Position numbers and translations under genes: made by a program. From the IMG/VR virus record IMGVR_UViG_3300033128_000027, positions 185 through 64,184 of that record: DNA of 64,000 nt, one strand, 5' to 3'. A model generated the notes under the pieces. It saw only the letters and a list, made by a program, of their open reading frames with translations. It searched no databases and was not told where the DNA came from. This DNA is from a virus. Numbering within the stretch: position 1 is the first letter of the stretch; each line of letters opens with the position of its first letter. Shown here piece by piece: positions 50,601 to 61,216 of this stretch.

Positions 50601-51131
50601 GTGCTAACCGAAACTGGATATAAACCTCTTTCGTCAGGGAATGCTAATTCTGTTTCGGGTTATCCAACTGATATTAACGATGTACCAAATTCTATTCCAG
50701 TTAGAGATTCAAAAGGCTTGATAAACGCATCCATTACAGGAAATGCTAATTCCGTTGGAAATCGTAGACCTGGAGTTTCAAATGGGTTAGCAACCTTAGA
50801 TTCAACTGCAAATGTTCCTTTAATACAGTTAGGCAATGCATCAAGGTTTGCTAGTGGCAGCTATGTCGGAGACGGAACACAAGGTAAATTAATAGCACTT
50901 CCCTTCTCCCCTTCTTTGGTTAAATTATATACAACTAACTCAACAGATGTAAGTTTATTCATTCCGTCTTCAGAAGGCGGTTTTTTATTTGGACAAAATA
51001 GTGTTCTCATTTCCCCCATATCTATTGCGAATGGGAAATTAGATAGCGGTGGTTTCTTCACTGGCAATTCAACTGAATGCTATGGAAATAAATTAAATGT
51101 CATTTACTACTGGGAAGCATACAAATCTTAA
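47655..51131 (+). CDS. Tal/baseplate hub protein with N-terminal GH25 muramidase
   Basis: IADISKWQG, FVIDVEE, WIARYG, LWQYTSTG, GDVDLN (GH25); Pro/Glu/Asp linker; then prophage-tail domain (IVTRLHVSG) and coiled coil. Confidence 0.85.
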   Translation: MGKIADISKWQGTINWSKAKNELDYVFIRVQYGSNLIDSKYKEYVAGAKQYKIPFGHYAYAQYVSVSDAVQEAKDFWKRSDKNATTFVIDVEEITTRNSSDLVPATQAFIDYLHSQGAKKVGLYSGDSFYKTNKLSRVKADFLWIARYGVNNGKPSTKPSIACDLWQYTSTGSVSGISGDVDLNALYGSKPLSYFTSSSVSTPVPTPEPEPEKPPIEEPEPPIVPELPEEPDDDGSNGDDVEQPDDDTDGVIKPPIEIPYEKELVNPNSLISSYIVRNGENVANPQLFLATPTGNVIADLSESYNRKLTLNFTTPNELSFSLPYEIEVLNKLVSNKTVSLLRERFLIKLLFAGVESWYIITQKQPSSSDSDLINVQCFSLEYELRYRKMLNYQAVSYNCLQVLNDVLKDTNWSIGYINDEFNLKYHQFDVSSSSKLDFINDICKKFNAYVIYDTVNKKVHICKEEEVSIYKGFWVEYGKYLQNIEQTDEIEDIVTRLHVSGANDVSINSVNPTGQSYIDNFSYFLYPFDMDTQGNITNHSYYMSDELCLALINYNKLVENNTGTFSKLLEKKSNLQKELADINAKLRTLENELTIILDNIQIAKDGGESTASLNQQRDNKESQISSQKKQLSSKQAEITNVDVELSKLNLLLKLENNIADNLLIELRNFIFEGEYSDDSQINDADLYESAITELKNISSPPINISMGIINFFAVLEEKHNWNRLCIGDIIKIKHKKIGIDVRVTVDSLAFDFDNYSISINVTNTKRPKSDEERLINALYTIDKVNTDYNKRKRNWNNIATNFNSRNDRISVTPNSPTNVTIAHKINDNGSADLTINWNYNDYEKTKKDADNIDGFIVYMYSDISNERYVFGSTIAKETIISVNYSIKTYTFPSVPPNRFYTLGVRAYRHVDDDINIDGIIFSDLVTPSDVNQNPYQPSELTVVNGLLYGKVNGAIYVTSDVEPEEAEVNKTVWVNPSTLEQSVLTETGYKPLSSGNANSVSGYPTDINDVPNSIPVRDSKGLINASITGNANSVGNRRPGVSNGLATLDSTANVPLIQLGNASRFASGSYVGDGTQGKLIALPFSPSLVKLYTTNSTDVSLFIPSSEGGFLFGQNSVLISPISIANGKLDSGGFFTGNSTECYGNKLNVIYYWEAYKS

Positions 51132-51149
51132 ATAAGGAGGTCGATATAT

Positions 51150-54149
51150 GTGAGTTGGGATGATGAAATAATTAATTACAACGACCCCATTGTCTTTTTA
51201 AGTAGGAAAGGCGATGCAACCGATCCATACAAACGTATTATTGAGACTGTTCAAATTGTGAACGGAAGAGCTGTTTTACGTGAGGTTCCCGAGCAAACTA
51301 GAGAAGTCACAATCACAAGTCCAGATAAAACGTGGTATGAAGTTGAAGATGAAGCTTTAGAAAATAATTACTACCAAGTAGACTACATACAAGGTGTAGT
51401 CTTTTTTACTGCGGAAAATAACGATAAAAGTGTTACCGTAGAATATTTCGGTAAAGGAGCATATTATACTCCTGATACAAGGATTTATTTAACAGGAGAT
51501 AAAAAGTTCACGAATGTTGCATTGAAATTCAAAGATTTAGATCGTGCAGATTTAGAACAAAAAAATCGTGTTGATGAATTAATTACAGGTGTTCCCCAAC
51601 CATCGGAAGTAGTTGATAATCGTATTGATAGAAATGGGAAAGAATACAAAACCATGCGGGATAGAACTAATGCGCTTCAAGAATCTATAGAAGATGCTTA
51701 TATTGGTGCAGACGGAAGAACATATGCTTCTTTGAAACACCGCAATGACACACAGGATGCCACTATTGAAGCACATGAAGTCAAAATTGAGGCATTCGAT
51801 ATTCTAACAAAAAAGATTAAAAACAGAGTGTCAATTTATGAATATGAAGATTTAATCCCTAATAAGAACACTGCTTCCTCTCCTGCTTTTTGGGATTGGA
51901 CGGAAGCTATTAGGACTGCATTAGGTGATGGGAATGTAGAATTATACTTTCCTGCCGGTACATACAGAACTAGACAAGTAAATATTCCTTCCTTCACTTA
52001 TATTTATGGGGATGGTTTATACAATACTCATATTTTGTTAATTGAAAATGCTCCTGTTGGAGAACACCTATTTACTAACTCCGATAAAGTCAATAACGGC
52101 AATTCTTACATACGTATTGAAGACTTGGAATTAGATTGGAATAGAGAAAGATTAGGATCTGGTTACACAATTCCAGCGGGTCCGACTTCTTCTGGTTTAA
52201 TGTTAGCTAACACTCAATTTGCATGGATAAATCGAGTATTTTCTAAGAACGGTGGTTTACATTGTTTTGATATTACTTCTCCGGAGTATAACCGAACAAG
52301 TGGACAAAATAGCCCTGCTTATTATCAACCAAAAGGTTGCTCAAATATATGGCTTGATAGTTGTATTGCTACTGGAGCAGGTGATGATAACTTCACTACT
52401 CATTTCAGCGAGTATATTTATTTTAATAATTGCTATTCATACGCCCCTCTTGGAAATGTACATGAAGAAGGTGCGGCTAACAGCAATAACTTTGAAATAG
52501 ATGACGGATCAAGAAATATTTGGGTAACAAATTGTACGGCTATTGGTGGAGTTCGTGGATTTGAAATAAAGGCGCATGTATATGCCCCTGCTGCTAGAAA
52601 TATTACACTAGATAACTGTAAATCTATCAATAGTATTCGTTCATTTGATTTACGTCATATTGGACACCATACAGACGATGAACCAATTTCACCAAATGCT
52701 TTTGATGTTACTTTAAATAATTGCACGGCTATTAATCCTAAAACGGGTTCTCTATATGCTTCGTTGAGACCACGCGCATTGGTTGTTTCTGCATATCGAA
52801 ATGTTAATATTAATAATTTTACTGCTATCGGTGAATCTTCTAATTTAACTACTGGTGATTCTGTAATTGTCTTCCAGTATAAATCAGGATTGATAAATGT
52901 AAATAACGTTAAAGTGAGTGGATTCAAAAATGCGGATAATGATTTATATATAACTGGCGGTGCACAAAAAGCCGACAATATAAATGTAAGTAATATGACA
53001 AGTTATGAATCTGCGAAAAACGGTATTTATTTAGGAAGCCAAGTTACAAATGCTGATATTTCTAAGGTAGCATTATATAAAACTAGTAATAGTGGGACTG
53101 GTGTTGTTGCTATTAACTCACAAAATAATCTGCTAGGCTTAACAGTTACTGGATATAGTAAACAAGCAACTATCGCAGGGGTAGATCACACCACTCCCCC
53201 TTCTCGTATTCGTAATGGATTAGTTGTAGCCAGTTCATCAGGAGCAGCTAAATCTGATACGGCATTTATTGCAGCAAGTACGGCTAATTCGATTGCCAGC
53301 GGTAGTAAAAATGCAATTATTTCTTCTTCTAACGTTGACACAACAGGAGAATACAATGCGATTATTTCATCATCTGGAGATTCGCAATTGAAGAATACTC
53401 GTGGAGCTATTATAGCTTCCAATGGATCTAAAATAACAAATACGGATGCTTATGAATCAGTTGTATTGGCTTCTAATAACGTTATAAATCCTAGAAGTAA
53501 TACAGTAGTATTGGGTCATGGATGGACTCCATCAACTGCTAATCGAAATATTGAATTAGATGCGGCAAACGGTACTATTAAAGCCACAGGCGCTATTACA
53601 GGCTCCTCCTCTTTTAGTGACTACGCTGAGTATTTTGAAAGTATAGATGGCAACAGTATTCCAAGTGGGACTCTTGTTACCTTAGATCAAGGGTTTATTC
53701 GTATTGCTAAAGATGGAGACGATATGCTAGGAGTAATTTCTGAAACTGCAGGAAGTGTATTAGGTGAATCTTCATTCTATTGGCAAGGTAAATACTTAAG
53801 AAATGACTTTGGAGGATTAATTTATGAAGAAGTTGTACTTACTGAAGTCAATGCAGATACAGGTTCAACGACTAATCGTTTAGCTTTATTGCCTAAAGAG
53901 AATCCTAATTATAAGGAATCGGACAACTATCTTCCCCGTTCTGAAAGACCTGAATGGAACATTGTAGGATTAGTTGGTCAGGTATATGTAAGAATTGATG
54001 GAACAGTTAAGCAAGGCGATTACATAAAACCATCTGATGGAATTGCAACAATGTCAGTTGAACGTGGTCAAGGATGGAAAGTTATGAAAATAACTAAGCC
54101 GTATATTGAATCAATTGGCTATGGAATTGCATTGGTATTTATCAGATAA
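51150..54149 (+). CDS. Tail spike: pectate-lyase-like beta-helix with C-terminal Peptidase_G2-type chaperone
   Basis: YFPAGTY, DDNF, NNFEIDDGS beta-helix; SDYAEYFES...NIVGLVGQVYVR as in phi29 gp12-type spikes; YomE position. Confidence 0.85.
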   Translation: MSWDDEIINYNDPIVFLSRKGDATDPYKRIIETVQIVNGRAVLREVPEQTREVTITSPDKTWYEVEDEALENNYYQVDYIQGVVFFTAENNDKSVTVEYFGKGAYYTPDTRIYLTGDKKFTNVALKFKDLDRADLEQKNRVDELITGVPQPSEVVDNRIDRNGKEYKTMRDRTNALQESIEDAYIGADGRTYASLKHRNDTQDATIEAHEVKIEAFDILTKKIKNRVSIYEYEDLIPNKNTASSPAFWDWTEAIRTALGDGNVELYFPAGTYRTRQVNIPSFTYIYGDGLYNTHILLIENAPVGEHLFTNSDKVNNGNSYIRIEDLELDWNRERLGSGYTIPAGPTSSGLMLANTQFAWINRVFSKNGGLHCFDITSPEYNRTSGQNSPAYYQPKGCSNIWLDSCIATGAGDDNFTTHFSEYIYFNNCYSYAPLGNVHEEGAANSNNFEIDDGSRNIWVTNCTAIGGVRGFEIKAHVYAPAARNITLDNCKSINSIRSFDLRHIGHHTDDEPISPNAFDVTLNNCTAINPKTGSLYASLRPRALVVSAYRNVNINNFTAIGESSNLTTGDSVIVFQYKSGLINVNNVKVSGFKNADNDLYITGGAQKADNINVSNMTSYESAKNGIYLGSQVTNADISKVALYKTSNSGTGVVAINSQNNLLGLTVTGYSKQATIAGVDHTTPPSRIRNGLVVASSSGAAKSDTAFIAASTANSIASGSKNAIISSSNVDTTGEYNAIISSSGDSQLKNTRGAIIASNGSKITNTDAYESVVLASNNVINPRSNTVVLGHGWTPSTANRNIELDAANGTIKATGAITGSSSFSDYAEYFESIDGNSIPSGTLVTLDQGFIRIAKDGDDMLGVISETAGSVLGESSFYWQGKYLRNDFGGLIYEEVVLTEVNADTGSTTNRLALLPKENPNYKESDNYLPRSERPEWNIVGLVGQVYVRIDGTVKQGDYIKPSDGIATMSVERGQGWKVMKITKPYIESIGYGIALVFIR

Positions 54150-54273
54150 CAATAAAAGAGACTGTCAACGGTTGAGGTTAAACAGTCTCTTTAAGCACGA
54201 ATGCTTGTCTTTATTATATCAAAGCGAGGCGATATATGACAAGAACATATAGATAGTTTGGAGTGAATCAATT

Positions 54274-54681
54274 GTGGCAGAATCTATTGAAGCTATACAA
54301 GTTGAAATAGAACATATGAAAAAGGATATCGATGAGGTAAAAGCTGATGTAAAAGAGACAAAAACAATGTTAACAAAAAATATAAATCAGCTAACACTAA
54401 CTCAAATACAACAAACAGAAATTTTAAAAAATCAAGAACGACAGAATGCTGAAATGAAAGAAGATATCAACGGCTTAAAAACACATGTTGATTCAGAAAT
54501 TGGTAATTTGAGAAATGATTTTAAAGAAACAACAAATACTCATACAAAGTGGTATCAGACTTACTTAACTGATAATACAAGTAAGGTATTTAGAATATTT
54601 ATGTTCATTATTATAATCGTTTCAGGAGTAAAAATAGCTATTTCTGATATTCCTAAAATTTTGCAATCATTTGGCTTATAA
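54274..54681 (+). CDS. XhlA/BhlA-like holin-associated protein
   Basis: Coiled coil plus single C-terminal TM helix after tail genes. Confidence 0.5.
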   Translation: MAESIEAIQVEIEHMKKDIDEVKADVKETKTMLTKNINQLTLTQIQQTEILKNQERQNAEMKEDINGLKTHVDSEIGNLRNDFKETTNTHTKWYQTYLTDNTSKVFRIFMFIIIIVSGVKIAISDIPKILQSFGL

Positions 54682-54756
54682 AATTAACAGCGACGCATTT
54701 GTCTACAAATAAAATGCGTCTTTTATTAAATAAATATAATTTAAGGAGGAATACAT

Positions 54757-56583
54757 ATGTCATTATATTATCCTAACGTCTCCCCTAACTATGTATTTCC
54801 TAGAAATCCTGACCAGTATATTCAACTTATTCAAACAAAAATAGTTAAATATAACAAAATTACACTTAAAGAAATACCTAGTTATAGGCATTCATTTGTT
54901 GTAAAAAAACTAGACGGAACAATAATGAATAGAGTAGACGGTAACCCTTCTTCATCTAATCAATTTAGGGTTGATTTTGTAACTGGTGATGTATTCTTCC
55001 ACTCTACTATGGAAGGTAAAGAAATCGAAGTAAGTTATACAGGAACTGGTCAGGTGAATTTTGGGGCTAATAAAATAATTGTAAATACAAGTCCTACTAA
55101 TGAAGAAGAAGTAACAGTACAAGACATATTAGATACTCAAGAGGATATTTATACACAAGTTACAGATGTTAAAACCACCATTGAGCGCAACCAAATTGTT
55201 AAGTTAGATGATTTTAATTACTTGAAGGATACTACATATCAATCACCTAAAGAATTCAATTGGATTTCTATTGCTAATCAAGACACATTCATAATCGACA
55301 CTGGAAAGTTTACCGAAAAAAGTTTGATTGATTTATCTATTGGGAATGTACCTCAATCATCTGATAATTTCATCTTAGAAAATGATAAAACAATTAAACT
55401 ACTTAATCCCCTTCCTGCTGGTGTTAAAGTTTATGTAAAATGGTCGGAAGGTAAAAAAGTTGTGAATAATTCAGTTGATGTTACAGATATATATGCCGAA
55501 ATAAATAAAACGAATAATAGGTTATATAAAACTGCAACCCAATTATCTATTGTTGAACGCAAAAAAGCTGATCAGTCTGATGTTGAAACTATTCTTGCAG
55601 CAGTGGTTTCAGGAGCACCTAAAGGATTTTTTAATACTCTTTCTTCTCTTCAAAATGCTTATCCGAATGGAACAGATGGCATTTTTTTAGTACTCGAAGA
55701 CGGACATATATATATATGGATTAATTCTTCTTGGCAAGATGCAGGAGTTTACCAAGGGATTGAAGTTGGAAACAAAACTATCACACCCAATAAACTTAAT
55801 AACGAATTAAGAACCATTCTTGGGATTGATAATGTATACCCAGATACATATTTCAGTAAGACAATAGAACAAACTCTCTCAGAATCAAATTATTTTATAG
55901 ACTTGGAAAAAGTTGGTTTAATCACTAAAATTTCAAAAGGCTATGAATTAAAAGTTGATACACAATCTACCATAAAAACTTATCTAAGTGAATTAAAATT
56001 CGGTATGGTCTTAAATGGAGACACAATTAGTGGCGGAGAGCACTTAAATATAGGAATTAAAATCTTAAGTGATAGTAATTTTTCATCGCCTGTAAAATTA
56101 GGAGTTGCATTTTATGATTCTAGTGGGAATGTACTGACCAGTTACTATCTACAAAAAAAGGAGAATCATTACCGACTAGAAAATCAAGAAATTCCTTTAA
56201 ATGCAAAAACGATGAACTTCACAGTACAGCTTGATGTTAGAGGATTCACAACAGATTTTGTTGATTCATTTTCATTCACAGAGTTAGTGATTAACAAAGG
56301 GAGTAAAATCACTAATCCGCTAGGGTTAGCTGGAAGAGTAAAAGATTTAGAGAATGACAGCAATTTTTTAGGTACGACTATTCTTAATCGAGATAAAGAC
56401 GGTCTACTTAAAACTGTAACTAATGACATATCTAGTGTTGAAATACTAAGAAATACCAATGGCTATGTCACATCTATACTTAAAAAATGGGTTAATGGAA
56501 AGGCTCAAACGACTGTTATTAATAGAGATGCTAATAACGTTGTAACTAGCATAGTCACAAGTGAAGGAGAGTCTTTATTATGA
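54757..56583 (+). CDS. Second receptor-binding/tail fibre-like protein
   Basis: N-terminus similar to that of the 999-aa spike; SGAPKG...AYPNG...GHIYIW..SWQDAGVYQG module. Confidence 0.6.
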   Translation: MSLYYPNVSPNYVFPRNPDQYIQLIQTKIVKYNKITLKEIPSYRHSFVVKKLDGTIMNRVDGNPSSSNQFRVDFVTGDVFFHSTMEGKEIEVSYTGTGQVNFGANKIIVNTSPTNEEEVTVQDILDTQEDIYTQVTDVKTTIERNQIVKLDDFNYLKDTTYQSPKEFNWISIANQDTFIIDTGKFTEKSLIDLSIGNVPQSSDNFILENDKTIKLLNPLPAGVKVYVKWSEGKKVVNNSVDVTDIYAEINKTNNRLYKTATQLSIVERKKADQSDVETILAAVVSGAPKGFFNTLSSLQNAYPNGTDGIFLVLEDGHIYIWINSSWQDAGVYQGIEVGNKTITPNKLNNELRTILGIDNVYPDTYFSKTIEQTLSESNYFIDLEKVGLITKISKGYELKVDTQSTIKTYLSELKFGMVLNGDTISGGEHLNIGIKILSDSNFSSPVKLGVAFYDSSGNVLTSYYLQKKENHYRLENQEIPLNAKTMNFTVQLDVRGFTTDFVDSFSFTELVINKGSKITNPLGLAGRVKDLENDSNFLGTTILNRDKDGLLKTVTNDISSVEILRNTNGYVTSILKKWVNGKAQTTVINRDANNVVTSIVTSEGESLL

Positions 56584-57158
56584 ACGATTTTACAATGACA
56601 GAGATTACAAATCCAATATTGAATGTGTCTGCATCCAGTCAGTATACATATGGCTGGGTAGCAGGTGCAAATAATGTTACATCTTTCAAAGGAAATTTAA
56701 CTGATTTTATTTTTGCCAAAGGTGAGAACGAAGGTTCTTTAGGTAGAGGCGTGGTTTTAAATCCTTCAAACCCAGCTTCTGCAGTACCTTATCTAGGATA
56801 TTTAGCATTTACATCAGGACAGCCTACATGGATTGGTATACCTATTGCTTCTAAAGGATTTAGAACTTTTCATGCATCGCTTCAAAGCTCAATGAACCAA
56901 GACTTCGATATTAGCGCTTATTTACTTCCTGAAATAAGCGGTGATTTTAATGGAGGAAACATTGCTAATAGGTTACTTATTCAAACTTTATTCACATCAG
57001 AAATTCTCTCCAATGGAGCGACTTTAAATTTCGGACCCGGAGGGATAGATAAACAACTCTATTCGCCTTTACCTCTTGGTTATCTAGTCATTAAAGTATC
57101 ACCTACAACTATTCCTACAGACGGTGTATTGAGATTTGGAGTTGAAAGACAAAAATGA
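56580..57158 (+). CDS. Hypothetical beta-rich protein (192 aa)
   Basis: ATGA overlaps both sides. Confidence 0.7.
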   Translation: MNDFTMTEITNPILNVSASSQYTYGWVAGANNVTSFKGNLTDFIFAKGENEGSLGRGVVLNPSNPASAVPYLGYLAFTSGQPTWIGIPIASKGFRTFHASLQSSMNQDFDISAYLLPEISGDFNGGNIANRLLIQTLFTSEILSNGATLNFGPGGIDKQLYSPLPLGYLVIKVSPTTIPTDGVLRFGVERQK

Positions 57159-58246
57159 TGCTATATGATCCCTTTTCTATAAATTATTTACCAAATAAAA
57201 AAAATGATTATTTAATAGTAACTGGAAATTTCAGATACCCTAGCACGATTGATGATATTTCAAACTTATATGCTCATTATGCATTTAAAAAGTCAGAAAC
57301 AACTTTACCTATTGTAATTTTAATGCATGGTTATACTCAAGATTCTAATTCTATGACAACGCAAATTATGAAAGATATGGCTGAATATGGTTTCTTCGCA
57401 TGTGCAGTTGGTATGAGGGCAAGGGATGGAGCAACAGGTAATGTAGATGTAAGCGGAAGAGAATTGTACGATATCATAGACGCAGTTGAATATGTAAAAC
57501 AAAAATTTTCAACAGTTATTGACGAGAATCAAATACATGTTGCTGGATACAGTGGTGGTGGAGGAAATGTATTTGGTCTTGCTGCTAAGTTTCCAGATTA
57601 CTTTAATTCCCTAATTTCTCATTTCGGTATCTCTGATTATGGTTACGACACAATTAACAGCTGGTGGGCAACAAATCCAAGTAGAAGAACCTCTTTAGAA
57701 AATTGGATAGGTTTTAATCCGACCAATAATTTAGGCGCTTATTATTCAAGAGCACACCAATATGGGGTAGCCAAAAATTTAAAAAGTGGTTTCTTATGGA
57801 TGTTCCATGATTCTGAGGACACAAACGTCCCCCCTGTTCAATCGCAAATTGTTAAAGAACAGATGGATATACATAATCGCAAAAACTATTATCTAAGTAT
57901 TACAACTCCTAGCGATAACCCAAGATGGATTCATGCAAGTCCAGGTGAAAATGATCCTGTAAGATTCACAAGGGATTATTGGGGGTCACCAATTATTGAT
58001 AAACAATATCCTCAATGGTCTGTGAATGAAAGTGGTGAAATGTTGATTCAAGGATACTTAAAGACAAAAAGGTTCGAGATATGGTTGGAAACTGGTCAAG
58101 AACATGTGGCTGAACTTGCTTATGATGTAACTACAGGCTCTTACACAATTAACCCTCTAAGTGGAACAATTGAGGTATCTATAAAACAAGGTAATAGCTC
58201 GGCGTCTCAAACTATAAATGAACTTACAACAATTATTGTATCATAG
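57155..58246 (+). CDS. Alpha/beta-hydrolase (esterase/peptidase)
   Basis: VILMHGY, GYSGGG nucleophile elbow, FHDSEDTNVP. Confidence 0.85.
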   Translation: MMLYDPFSINYLPNKKNDYLIVTGNFRYPSTIDDISNLYAHYAFKKSETTLPIVILMHGYTQDSNSMTTQIMKDMAEYGFFACAVGMRARDGATGNVDVSGRELYDIIDAVEYVKQKFSTVIDENQIHVAGYSGGGGNVFGLAAKFPDYFNSLISHFGISDYGYDTINSWWATNPSRRTSLENWIGFNPTNNLGAYYSRAHQYGVAKNLKSGFLWMFHDSEDTNVPPVQSQIVKEQMDIHNRKNYYLSITTPSDNPRWIHASPGENDPVRFTRDYWGSPIIDKQYPQWSVNESGEMLIQGYLKTKRFEIWLETGQEHVAELAYDVTTGSYTINPLSGTIEVSIKQGNSSASQTINELTTIIVS

Positions 58247-58436
58247 AAGGGGAATCTTCATATTTAGGTTAGCAAAATAAAATGCTACTTCCCTCTCCCC
58301 TACTCTATTGATTAAATAGGATATTACTTTTATTGTAGAACAATTCAATAATTTTACTTTAGAGAATCGTATTTTGACGGTTCTCTTTTTAATCATGCGA
58401 GAAATACAAATGAAAATAGAACGGAGTTGATGAACT

Positions 58437-60710
58437 TTGGCAGATTTAGAAAATCTCGATAAAATACCAAAGTTTATGTTAGGAGATGATGTACAGCAAG
58501 AATTTGAAAAAACTACAACGCGATTGGAGACCAACGCAATACGAATTGAGGATATAAACACAAACGTATTAGCGTTGGGTGCAAAAGGAGACGGAATAAC
58601 AGATGAAACAACTGTACTCCAAAACATATTTAATTCGTTACCATTTGGATCAAGAGTTAGTTTTCCGCATAAAAGAATTTTTAAAATTACAAGACCATTA
58701 ATTATCAATCGAGACAATATTCATATTGATTTTAATGGTTCAAAATTGTTGTACGCCGGAACAGAAGATTTAGATAGTGATAATGGTATAGGTAGAATGT
58801 ATGGTGCTATTACTGTGCGTGGCAGTCTTATTGAGTCAACAAAAACAAATGTGGTGGATATTATCTCTAACGAAGGTATTATTGATCAAGAATTTTACGT
58901 AAACGGTGATAACTATAAAGGCTTAAAACAACCGTTTACGCAAATAACAAAAGTAGTCACTTCTTTAACTAATGCAGCTGCTATTTTTACAAAAGGCGAT
59001 TACGTTTCTGTTAACGTAAAAAATCATAGTGGTACATGGGATAAAAGTTATGGTGACAACCCATCTATGTTGAATGTAATTGCGCGTGTTCTCTATGTTG
59101 ATAATGCTAATGTGTATGTAGATGTTTGTTCAGACTTACGCTTTAATCCTGATAAAGTAAATGGGACAATCACTTTATTGTCACCAGTAGACAACATAAC
59201 AATAGAAAATTTAGTTTATGAAGATATAAATGACACGCCTATTCCTGCAACTATTACTGATAACAGGGAACGTGATTCCTGGGTAGGTGGAATAAGTGTA
59301 AGATATGCAAGTAATTTTACCCTTAATAATTTTAAAGCTTCTCGTCATCGGTTTCCAGCATTAATGTTGAGAAGTGTATACAATCCAATCGTTAATAATT
59401 TTGTTGCTAGTTATCCACGTACAGTGACAGCTGGGTGCGGGTACGGTATGCAGATTGGATCTAGTACCCACGGTTCTATTAAAAATGTTCGAGGCTACGG
59501 ATTACGTCATTTAGTTGATTTTGCTTCAAGCGGACATATGCGGGTAGAAAATGCAAGAATGCCAAATGACTGGCATGGAGCGTTCGACTGCCACGGGATG
59601 GGCGAGTTTGATATTACTTATGTTAATTGCGTGGGTAACTTCTTAGCAAGTAATGGAATAAATGAATTTCCGGATATGGTAGGAAATATTTCGCTTGATA
59701 ATTGTAAAGGTAGTTTACAAATGGCTTGGGTTCAAAAAATCCATGTGAATAATTCACTAATTTATATGGATGCCAAACGTATTACAAGAAGTCCTCATGT
59801 TGAAATAATTAATAGTAAATTAATGTTCAAACGAACAAAGTACAATTTTGTTGCAGCAGATCGTGGAGTTTACATGCAGACTGCTTTTATTATTGATAAC
59901 TCATCTATCGAAATAACAAATATGAATAATCCTTGGCAAGAGTGGACAAATAGATTATTTGAGGTTGATGCTTACAAAAAGGTAAGAATTAGCAATATAC
60001 CGTTCGTAAGAAATCTCCGTGATGATGTAATGTTAATCAGTTTAGCAAAATGTACGGATACTACTATTAACGATAATATGCTAACTAATTTAGGATTTCA
60101 TTTAACAAATACAACGAGCATTGATGATAATACAATAATTGCGAATAATTCTATGGCTGGTGGAGTTTTAAGAATTAAAGGTAACAAAATAGATGAATCA
60201 ATCAATGCCTCGGACTCTAAAAACTTTTTTACCATTACTAATGTTGATGATATGTCTTCATTTCTTATCATTCTTGATTCTAACTTGTTTTACTCAATGG
60301 GTAAAACAAGATGGATACGCACAGAAATCAACTCGTTTAGCGTCAATATTGTTGCAGTTAATAACCTTTTCCGAGGAAAAGTAGGTGCTTATTACACCGC
60401 TGGTTCAAGGACTCCTACTTTTATTACCACTGTAGGAAATATCGACCTATCAGAAACAGATGAACCAACAAAATTGAAAAATTACAATGTTACAGGACTT
60501 GGTATAGATATACCATCTGGTTGGTATGAATACAAATACTCTTTTATAACTGGACGTATACAGCCCGATACTAATTATATGGTAGATGTCACTCCTGAAT
60601 GGGATTGTGGTAACTGGTGGCTCGAAGCAAAATCGACAACTGGTTTTACATTAAAATTTAGTAAATCTCCACCTGTTAATTCTAGAATAACTATGCATGT
60701 GACTAGGTAA
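58437..60710 (+). CDS. Pectate-lyase-like beta-helix depolymerase
   Basis: LGAKGDGITDET motif, GCGYG, AFDCHG; short beta-sandwich C-terminus. Confidence 0.82.
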   Translation: MADLENLDKIPKFMLGDDVQQEFEKTTTRLETNAIRIEDINTNVLALGAKGDGITDETTVLQNIFNSLPFGSRVSFPHKRIFKITRPLIINRDNIHIDFNGSKLLYAGTEDLDSDNGIGRMYGAITVRGSLIESTKTNVVDIISNEGIIDQEFYVNGDNYKGLKQPFTQITKVVTSLTNAAAIFTKGDYVSVNVKNHSGTWDKSYGDNPSMLNVIARVLYVDNANVYVDVCSDLRFNPDKVNGTITLLSPVDNITIENLVYEDINDTPIPATITDNRERDSWVGGISVRYASNFTLNNFKASRHRFPALMLRSVYNPIVNNFVASYPRTVTAGCGYGMQIGSSTHGSIKNVRGYGLRHLVDFASSGHMRVENARMPNDWHGAFDCHGMGEFDITYVNCVGNFLASNGINEFPDMVGNISLDNCKGSLQMAWVQKIHVNNSLIYMDAKRITRSPHVEIINSKLMFKRTKYNFVAADRGVYMQTAFIIDNSSIEITNMNNPWQEWTNRLFEVDAYKKVRISNIPFVRNLRDDVMLISLAKCTDTTINDNMLTNLGFHLTNTTSIDDNTIIANNSMAGGVLRIKGNKIDESINASDSKNFFTITNVDDMSSFLIILDSNLFYSMGKTRWIRTEINSFSVNIVAVNNLFRGKVGAYYTAGSRTPTFITTVGNIDLSETDEPTKLKNYNVTGLGIDIPSGWYEYKYSFITGRIQPDTNYMVDVTPEWDCGNWWLEAKSTTGFTLKFSKSPPVNSRITMHVTR

Positions 60711-60728
60711 AGAAAGGAGTGCTTAAAA

Positions 60729-61103
60729 TTGGCGCTTGTTATGAATTATAATTATGAGTTAACTTACATCAACACAAAAATACAATTAGATCCTAAATTC
60801 AAGTCTGAATTTAATGAAGTTAAAGAACAGATAACAGAAACTCTAGTTGTAAAAGATGCGTATTTTCAAATAGTCAAAATTGAAGGAAATAAGGAAAAAA
60901 TGGATATTGTCTTATCAGTTTACAAAGATAACACTAAAAAGTACGTTTTAGAAACAAGAGTATATTCATTTAACCCTTCTGTTTCGTTTGACTCTCCAAA
61001 TAATTTTAAACAAGGGTACGAATATCTAAAAACATTACCAGAATTTGATGGAGCAATTGACGTTTTAGAAGACGAAGATTATCAAACTTATTCAATTAGT
61101 TAA
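60729..61103 (+). CDS. Phage tail-associated/assembly-like small protein
   Basis: KQGYEYLKTLPEFDGAIDV C-terminal motif typical after phage fibre genes. Confidence 0.55.
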   Translation: MALVMNYNYELTYINTKIQLDPKFKSEFNEVKEQITETLVVKDAYFQIVKIEGNKEKMDIVLSVYKDNTKKYVLETRVYSFNPSVSFDSPNNFKQGYEYLKTLPEFDGAIDVLEDEDYQTYSIS

Positions 61104-61216
61104 ATAGAAGCATGTTAAAAGGTGACTTTTATTGTAAGTCCCCTCCTCTATACTTTAATTTAGTAATTTTAGAGTTTTCGTAATACGAAGACTCTTTATT
61201 TTTTTTATAAGGAGGT

